A DNA stretch of 63,742 nt, the filler included, from Perkinsus chesapeaki ATCC PRA-425 (taxonomy: Eukaryota; Protista; Perkinsozoa): the NCBI GenBank assembly GCA_013115145.1. It is 14 parts of 14 records of this genome, joined end to end, with 100 filler letters (N's around TTAATTAATTAA, not from the genome) between each part and the next. Parts side by side here need not be neighbours in the genome. Positions count along the whole stretch, not along the records: positions 56,030 to 57,088 come from JAAPAO010002239.1; positions 57,189 to 61,386 come from JAAPAO010001299.1; positions 61,487 to 62,545 come from JAAPAO010002242.1; positions 62,646 to 63,742 come from JAAPAO010002208.1; 10 more parts are not named here. The stretch is one strand, 5' to 3'. Below the pieces are notes generated by a model. The model did no database searches, was not told the DNA's origin, and saw nothing but the letters and a program-made list of their open reading frames with translations. Each line of letters starts with the position of its first letter. Position 1 is the first letter of the stretch. Position numbers and translations under genes: made by a program. Positions 56,031 through 63,742 of this stretch are shown here, piece by piece.

Positions 56031-57087
56031 ACCACTACGGATCGTACTCTTCAATTTTACTCCCTGGATGTGAGCCATTATCGATAACCAGAAAAACTGT
56101 GCCCGAGGCGCGCAACACAATCTTAGCAACCCAGAAGAAAAATCAACTTATCATGTAACTTACACACAAAAAAATCATTAAATAAACTTAATAGTCGGTC
56201 TTTGCTCCGTTGTTGACTAGTACTTGTGTCAATCTTCTGGTCATCGATCCCACACAGTTACCGATGACAGCTTTAGGCATCGTTTCCCATGCGTGCCATA
56301 ACCGACTCCTCAGTTGGGCCTTACAGGTGATGTTGGGCTTATCTGGGCCATATACTTGTTTGACTAGATATGCCCATATGTTCTCGATAGGATTTAGATC
56401 AGGGCTCAGGGATGGCCACTCTGTGGTGGTCACTCCCTGGCCCTGAAACCACTCTGTGGTTGAGAAGTCAGTATGGTTGTCCAAGTGGTACTTAGCGAAG
56501 CGCACCCGTGAAGCTTTGTGGGCATCGCTTAGAGGTGGACTGGTCTTAAGCGATGCGTATGATGCTCCCTCCGCATTGAGAAACCTTCGCAGTGTTTGGG
56601 GTGAGACACCTAGTTGGAGGGAAGCAACCACAGATGGGGCAGTTACACCAATATTGGCTTGCATATAGCGCACAATTCGGCGTTTAGTTCGCTCATCCAG
56701 CTTAGACGGTGAACCGGGCTTCTTTTTTGGAGTGGTAGTTGGCTTACCAGATAATACCCTACTCACGGCGGACTTACTGACCGCCAAAGCGATAGAAATC
56801 GCTTTCTGTGAGAACATACGCTTTCCATTTGGGCCCGTCTGGTGGTACATGGATCTAATCCGTGATTTGTCATCATCGGTCAAATTTTTCCCTTTGGACA
56901 TGACTTCTGAGTCGTGGGCTATTAAATAGGATCTTCCGGTTTGCGACCTCGGTCCTGCATTTTCATGAACATGAAAATTATGTAACGGTTGCTAAGATTG
57001 TGTTGCGCGCCTCGAGCACAGTTTTTCTGGTTATCGATAATGGCTCACATCCAGGGAGTAAAATTGAAGAGTACGATCCGTAGTGGT
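56031..57087 (-). mobile_element. Tc1/mariner element with 101-bp terminal inverted repeats, internally deleted
   Basis: TIRs at 56031-56131 and 56987-57087 differ at one base. The right end reads ...GTAGTGGTA, consistent with a TA target. The contig is essentially the element. Confidence 0.93.
56188..56901 (-). CDS. Tc1-type transposase lacking most of the catalytic DDE domain (237 aa, in-frame deletion)
   Basis: HTH regions and WPSLSPDLNPIENIW (Glu motif) are present. HTDFS joins directly to TTEWF near 56460, so the FSDE and QDNA Asp motifs are absent. Confidence 0.85.
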   Translation of the reverse strand: MSKGKNLTDDDKSRIRSMYHQTGPNGKRMFSQKAISIALAVSKSAVSRVLSGKPTTTPKKKPGSPSKLDERTKRRIVRYMQANIGVTAPSVVASLQLGVSPQTLRRFLNAEGASYASLKTSPPLSDAHKASRVRFAKYHLDNHTDFSTTEWFQGQGVTTTEWPSLSPDLNPIENIWAYLVKQVYGPDKPNITCKAQLRSRLWHAWETMPKAVIGNCVGSMTRRLTQVLVNNGAKTDY

Positions 57088-57188
57088 ANNNNNNNNNNNN
57101 NNNNNNNNNNNNNNNNNNNNNNNNNNNNNNNNTTAATTAATTAANNNNNNNNNNNNNNNNNNNNNNNNNNNNNNNNNNNNNNNNNNNN

Positions 57189-58775
57189 TGGGTATGAACG
57201 TGATTTATGGAGATTAAACATTAAGTGTACCTAATTTATGTGTACCAATCGTTAACATCCCTGAAGGAGTTGGTCCAAGTACATTAGAGCTTCAATGTTG
57301 GTCCTTTTCAACATAAACGCTAGGAGGCCCCCTGAAGTAAAGTCCCTTGCTTGTTCCAAATTGCTTAGTGCGCGCGCCAGAGGGACGTACACTCGCAGCA
57401 GCCGGGTCAAGGCCAAACCTTGGGACAACCACCGTGTGCAAACTGGACGTAGCAACTTCAGTGCAACTGTGCGTGGTTCAGGCTCCCCATCTTTGTCATC
57501 ATCAGCCGTTTCTGAGCCATCAGAGTGGCACTCAGTATTGCTGCTAGAGCTTTGGGCTTCTTCTAAGGCCACAGCCTTGGCGTTAGACCTCGAGAAGTGG
57601 TCATAAAGCGAGGAACAGAAGTCTAGGCAGGCATTTATTTTCGGGCACAATTCGGAGGCGGCAGATTTCATGGACAGAGCTAATGCATGAGCTCTGCAAT
57701 GACAATAGATCACACTTGGAGGGAAGAAGGCCCGAACACCCTTTTTCGAACCCGCAAAGTTAGAACCACCATCAAATGATAGGGCGGTAACCCAATTGAT
57801 GTCAAGACCGCTTTGTTCAATCGACAAGGAGATGGCATCGAAAATAGACCGACCGTCAGTTTTTTTGACACGCTTAAGGTCGACTAAACGCTCCCGAGGT
57901 TCACCCGTGTCGGATATATGGCGCACCATAATACATAGATAGCTACCAGTTATTCCTTTCACTGTGGATTCATCGGATATCAGGCAAATTCCATCTTTAC
58001 CCGTGAGCTTAATTGAAGAAGACACACGGTCTCTGATTACTTTCCCAAACAGCTCTAACAGCTCCACGGCCGTGTATTTGCTTATATAAGTCGCATTTTG
58101 TGGCGCATTATCCAAATACGCGCCCAAAGTGGCTCCTGGCGACTTCGACACTATCTGTGCTAGTTTGCCATAAATAGTTGTATGGGGAAGTTCCAGCTTG
58201 TAGCAGCAATAAGCTAAGCGACAGAGTTCTTCCAGATGACTCAGATCTTGTTTATACCTGGCCAAGATAGATGCGATGGCAACAACTACAGTTCACAAGC
58301 TTTCATTGCAAGAAGTAGATGATATACTGTATATCTAGCCCACTACTGGTTATTACTTTGTTGAGGCCGATTGCCATACTTGTTCTGAAATGTTTTTATC
58401 CGTTCCCTCGTGCACCCTGCAAACTTGTGCTGAGGCTTGCATGTTGCCCTTGTGCGTCTTGGATTCGCCGTGCTTCTGGCATTTTTTGCTCAGCTTATCT
58501 TCGCTTATCGCCATTGGGATAGAGCCCCACTTTCCCTCAAGACCCATTCGATTACAAATCTTGCATCTGTATAACACAGCTCCTTCACTGTCGACACGCT
58601 CTAGCCACTGAAAACGTTCGAAACTGCTCTGGTATTTTTTAGCCCTCTTTTAAGGCGGCCCTAAGGGTTCCACGTCGTTGTTCGGACGTTGATCATAATT
58701 GGGCAGAGGAATTGCGGGCATAGCAATATCCGTTGATTGGGCTTTTTTCGGGAAGAAATCAGTGATCTTGGACAT
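57189..58775 (-). mobile_element. hAT-superfamily transposase (TTF-type Zn finger + DUF4371-like + DDE core), disrupted and 3' truncated
   Basis: MSKITDFF start; FQWL...YRCKIC...KHGESKTH zinc finger; SDEST, FDGGSNF, CHCRAH and TRWLS motifs. In-frame TAA at 58650-58652. Confidence 0.88.
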
Positions 58776-61486
58776 TGTAGTGGATTAATAATCCAGGATT
58801 ATTACCAAAAGTGGTGAGAAGTAGCTGAAGATTACGTCCCTCTCAATGAAGGCTCTGTGATTTATTTGAATTCAACAATTGTGGGACAATTTGACAAACA
58901 AATTTAATTGAATACTACCGAGCATCGTTAGCAACATTGTGGGATTAAGGCCTCGGTTTGACTATATCAAAACTGTTTATGGCGAGCGAAATTGCAGACT
59001 TGAAGTCTGAGACTTAGGGGGTAGATGGGGGGTCTGAGACTTCCCATCTACCCCTAGCGTTTGAGAATCACCCCCTAGATTGGAAATCCTGTATGAAGCC
59101 CTGGGTTTCAGCCATAACTTTCGAGTTAGTCAATTCACACTAATCGAACTGCTATCCATGGTCGTTTGTAATTGCTACGTGGGTTTGCACTCGGTGCGAC
59201 AGTCGCACTGCGACTAGCCCGTCACGGGAGTGATCGCCCTACCCCTGAGTGGTGGCGCTGGTGCACGCACGCCCCATGCGAGCGGTCCTGTTTGCCATAA
59301 ACTAGAATCATGAGGACCGAAATCGACTCGACGGGTATGCGTTGACATTCGTCGATCCCAAAGTCCAGGAAGGACGGGTTTGCTCCGTCGAACCTGGTAC
59401 TCGCTTGATTATAGGATACCGGAAGTCTGCTGATCGCGAGATACGCAAAGTGATTAGCTGATGTATCAAATGTATTCGAGAGAGTGTCGCAACGTAGAAC
59501 AGCTTTAGAAATTCTACTATTCTACAAACTAGAATGGCCCATTTATCCCAGGGATGCATGATTAACATGAACTTTCAAACTAAGGAGTGCAAGCCGTGGG
59601 TACATATGCTGAGCATATTATGCTCTACGGAAACACAGAGAATGTCGAGAAAGTGTAAGAGGTCTGGTGGGGCCCACTGGGTGGGCCTCTTCTTGCCCTC
59701 AAATGCAGGGTCTGAGCTATGTTGCCTTAGGCAACATAGCGTTTGATCGACTTTGTGATATACGCATAGAGTTGGCCATATGTGTCACTGCCAAAGTGAT
59801 GTCGTGTGCCCACTAGGCATGACCAGTCATGTAGGTCTCGCGCGGCCACTGGAGTATGAGTATGAGTGCTGTTAATTGTACTAGATAACTGCATTTGGTA
59901 ATGACTAGCATGTAGTCGTAGATGTGAGTTACATTTGTTTTAGCCTTAAACTTTTAGGCAGCTGTTATTTCAAACTTACTTGGAAAGTTTCGCTCGTAAT
60001 AGCTGCCTAGAATGCAGGCCTCAAAGGACAAGTATCTGGTTCATTGCTTTGCGCGTTTGAGCTGGTTACAGTCCTACGGAACAGCACAAAGGATTCTTTC
60101 CTCCGGGAAAATCCTCTTTCTGATGTTTGTAGGCTCCAATAAGAAGTTCTTATTAAGAACACGAAGTCGCTACTTGTCTATTCCGGCGCCCTGAAATAGT
60201 CAGTGCGTCACTAACAGTGATGCAACTACAGAATCTCCGGGTCAAGTTAACTATATACCAGGGTTTTTAACAATTTACCCATATTCTTACAACCTTACCC
60301 ATTTAATTAGTGAAATACCCAAAGTTTGGATCATAAACCTTCAATGATATCTCCAAAATTTTGATAATTTTCCATGTCCATTTAATAGCATAAAACTTTT
60401 ATGCGGTCACCGCGATGTATGAGGGACAGGGCCATTTGAAAATCGCGGAGCCGGTATCTGGTCAGGCTGCCAGGCATAGTCGCTCTGTATGTATAACGGG
60501 TGTTTCGCGCAACGATTCGCAGTCTATGAAACACGAAAATAGACGAAACTCATCGAGTCGATGACATCGACGAGCAACAGCTCATTATGTTAAAAAGATT
60601 AACCGCGAAATTCGGCGGGAATCCCGCGATATTCTCGCGAGTCGCGAACCTATGAAACTCACTATTTTCTCTCGTTCTCGTCCGCAAGATGAGAGTAACG
60701 CGAGTCTCAAGTGGAGAGTCTCCACTTTCTCGAGACTCGCATGCCGAGGTAGAAAAACGTTTCAACGGTGTTTGTATTGGAACCCTCCGTGCTCGTCTCT
60801 ATACGAGCCGAGGAGATAGACCGGATCCTATTCGGGGTTGAGACTCAACCGTTGAGTATGTCAAAAAAAACTTAGATTAGTCTGCGGTTGAGTCCGGTTG
60901 TCGGGCTGCCGAGGTTTCACGGTGAAACCTCAGCATGACATCGGCCTAGTCATAGGTGAAACTTTTACCTGCGACTCGAGGTGCTGTCCTGTGCTGACAG
61001 TACCATTGCGGAAGTCCTAGTGAGCAAGATATCTCTCTGACCGTTTCCCCTTTGTCAAAGCGAAACCTTGGCAATCTGCTTCACTGTGGAAACACAATCG
61101 GAGGGAACTCCCTGCAGATCCCTCTCTAGCTGGTCTTAGTTCCACGCACTGGACCTTCTCTGCCTCTCTCTATCTGTAGACACTCTAGATCCTCTCCTGT
61201 AAGGTCTTGAGTTAAGTCGTGCGGTCTCTCCCCTTCCGAGTCATTCCCTAGAACCACAAGAACCTGCACAGTGCTCGGCCTTGCGCAAAGGGGCGAGCGA
61301 AAAGAAATCGCTGACGTGGCGGTCTAGTGGTTGAACTCGACATGGAAATGGGATGGGATCAAAAAGTTTCTTATATCTTATTGCATNNNNNNNNNNNNNN
61401 NNNNNNNNNNNNNNNNNNNNNNNNNNNNNNTTAATTAATTAANNNNNNNNNNNNNNNNNNNNNNNNNNNNNNNNNNNNNNNNNNNN

Positions 61487-62545
61487 TCACCGGAGGTGTA
61501 GTCGTTGTGGTTGTGGTCACCGGAGGTGTGGTGGTAGTAGTTGTGGTCACCGGAGGTGTGGTGGTAGTAGTTGTGGTCACCGGAGGTGTGGTGGTAGTAG
61601 TTGTGGTCACCGGAGGAGTGGTGGTAGTAGTTGTGGTCACCGGAGGAGTGGTGGTAGTAGTTGTGGTCACCGGAGGTGTGGTGGTAGTAGTTGTGGTCAC
61701 CGGAGGTGTGGTGGTAGTAGTTGTGGTCACCGGAGGAGTAGTGGTAGTAGTTGTGGTCACCGGAGGTGTAGTCGTTGTGGTTGTGGTCACCGGAGGTGTG
61801 GTGGTAGTAGTTGTGGTCACCGGAGGAGTAGTGGTAGTAGTTGTGGTCACTGGAGGTGTAGTCGTTGTGGTTGTGGTCACCGGAGGTGTGGTGGTAGTGG
61901 GTGATGTGGTAGTAGTCGTACTGATAGCGGGTGATGTGGTAGCAGTCGTACTGCTAGCGGGTGATGTGGTAGTAGTCGTACTGCTAGCAGGTGTTGTGGT
62001 AGTAGTCGTGCTGCTAGCGGGTGATGTAGTAGTCGTACTGCTAGTGGGTGATGTAGTAGTCGTACTGCTAGCGGGTGATGTGGTAGTAGTCGTGCTGCTA
62101 GCGGGTGATGTAGTAGTCGTACTGCTAGGGGGTGATGTAGTAGTCGTACTGCTAGTGGGTGATGTGGTAGTAGTCGTACTGCTAGCGGGTGATGTAGTAG
62201 TAGTAGTCGTACTGCTAGTGGGTGATGTAGTAGTCGTACTGCTAGTGGGTGATGTAGTAGTCGTGCTGCTAGCGGGTGATGTAGTAGTCGTACTGCTAGC
62301 GGGTGGTGTAGAAGTCGTACTGCTAGCGGGTGATGTGGTAGTAGTCGTACTGCTAGCGGGTGATGTGGTAGTCGTGCTGCTAGCGGGTGATGTTGTAGTG
62401 GTCGAGCCGGTAGCAGGTGATGTAGTAGTCGTACTGCTAGCGGGTGATGTGGTAGTAGTCGTGCTGCTAGCAGGTGATGTTGTAGTGGTCGAGCCGGTAG
62501 CAGGTGATGTAGTAGTCGTACTGCTAGCGGGTGATGTGGTAGTAG
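61487..62545 (-). CDS. Mucin-like Thr/Ser/Pro-rich repeat exon, both ends in gaps
   Basis: 30-bp units encoding TTTTTTTPPV (about 13 copies, 61487-61895) and 21-27-bp units encoding TTT(T)SPASS (61900-62545). Variation between units is mostly synonymous in the minus-strand Thr frame. Confidence 0.8.
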
Positions 62546-62645
62546 NNNNNNNNNNNNNNNNNNNNNNNNNNNNNNNNNNNNNNNNNNNNTTAATTAATTA
62601 ANNNNNNNNNNNNNNNNNNNNNNNNNNNNNNNNNNNNNNNNNNNN

Positions 62646-62915
62646 GTCGGTTCATCGCCTTCCTCGGTGGGTATCGATTCTGCAAGGGAGGAGGACTCTC
62701 CTCCTCCTGGTTCTGTTCGGTCGGACGATGTGTGCGCGGATGGTGCTGTTAATCGAGTTCAAGAACCTCCTTTGGTTGAGATCGCTGTTGATAACGACGC
62801 AGGTCCACAAGGAGAGCCTCACGATATCGTTAGAGGCGCCCCCTCGGTCGGTTGGCGTTCTTCTCGTATTAGACGTGCTCCCCCTCCTCGTTCGGGAAGT
62901 GACCATTCTAATTAG
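62646..62915 (+). mobile_element. Probable 3' tail of an LTR retrotransposon pol/integrase ORF
   Basis: Low-complexity tail ending WRSSRIRRAPPPR (RRSxRxRxPP-like integrase tail), followed by non-coding sequence. No catalytic motif is visible. Confidence 0.4.
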
Positions 62916-63463
62916 TCTTGGCCCATCTGAATTTTGGGCGTGCGTGATATTTTACAGCGCGTGACGATTCTTATCTGTTCTACCGTTATCGTCAGTCGTT
63001 TTGAAACGTTCGAAACGCCGGTTTTACGCGATTTGTAGAGCGCTTGAGGGTTAACCAGCCCGGACGGGAGTTTAAGTATTTATTGGCCGGTCGGGTTTTC
63101 GTTATTTCCGCCGTGTTTTGCGATTTGAAGACTTGATCACCTTCGTATTCTCTTAACGCGTTGTTTCCGGACTGTGGATTTTATACGACTACCGCCTCCC
63201 TCTAGGTCCTTGGCTGTGTTAGCTCTCGCGTGTCGCGTGTTTGTTGTATTGTTTTGAAGGTTTAGCTTCCCTAAGGAGTGACGTCAGCATCTCATCGGTC
63301 GGTGTTTTTTGCCAAGGCTTCTTCCCACGTGTCCATTTTCAATGAGCCGTGTCTTGGTCGATATTAATGGTTTGATGATGATCCAGTAGCCTCTTTGTAC
63401 AAGGCCGGTGCAGTGCTTCCGATCGTCGAGACAGCTCGGCTCTCAGCTACGACTCTACTGAGG

Positions 63464-63601
63464 ATGCCCTTCATCAAGCTGGCCGGTCTTCTGGTGCTTA
63501 CCGCTCTCTCAACAGTATCTTTCGGACTACAGCAGATCCTTTCGAGATCCGGGTTCGATGTGGGAGTGATGGTGATGTCCTTAAGAAGCTATTCTAATTA
63601 A
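63464..63601 (+). CDS. Possible first exon of a secreted protein
   Basis: MPFIKLAGLLVLTALSTVSFG is signal-peptide-like. Downstream exons are not resolved. Confidence 0.3.
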   Translation: MPFIKLAGLLVLTALSTVSFGLQQILSRSGFDVGVMVMSLRSYSN

Positions 63602-63742
63602 GGTGGCCGGTGTTGCTGATACCACTGGCCGGTGTGAAGTGATGACTATTCTTTTATTTTATTTTATTTCGCCGGGGATTGCTTGCATTCGCCCGCGGGC
63701 CGGTAGTCGTAGCATTGTCGTTGATATCTGCATCGTTGTTGA

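Noticed and set aside
61507-62601. 364-aa Val/Gly-rich membrane protein on the + strand
   Set aside because: It is the antisense shadow of the Thr-rich repeat. Poly-Val of this length is implausible, and synonymous variation fits the minus frame.

Overview
This is a eukaryotic draft-assembly window: 14 contig pieces joined by 13 artificial 100-bp spacers (44 N + TTAATTAATTAA + 44 N), so adjacency across spacers is not reliable. Dense gene packing, short (mostly 40-60 nt) GT-AG introns and the gene and transposon families point to a perkinsid alveolate (Perkinsus-like). That assignment is inference. Housekeeping genes reconstructed by hand from spliced exons: RFC2, an MROH1/HEATR7A-like HEAT protein, Mic10, kynurenine 3-monooxygenase, PP2A B56, two tandem UDP-glucose 4-epimerases, COG1, CWC24/RNF113A, a GT15 (KRE2-type) mannosyltransferase with a long uncharacterised N-terminus, and a SANBR/KIAA1841 homolog. 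Accessory genes: two S10 serine carboxypeptidases (one a pseudogene), a GNAT, a divergent kinase-like ORF, an AT-rich secreted protein with two 6-Cys modules, a mucin-like exon and orphan secreted or membrane proteins. Mobile DNA: Bel/Pao-like LTR retroelement fragments, two Tc1/IS630-type elements and a hAT transposase. The most unusual signals are clusters of perfect palindromes with a one-base centre, the AT-rich 6-Cys/Thr-linker/putative catalytic-domain gene, the extended GT15 gene, gene conversion between the GalE paralogs, an in-frame DDE-deleted Tc1 element with 101-bp TIRs, and tRNA-like fragments just upstream of start codons. No rRNA, intact tRNA, CRISPR array or spliced-leader sequence was recognised. 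All family assignments come from recalled motifs, not database searches, and exon boundaries are manual.
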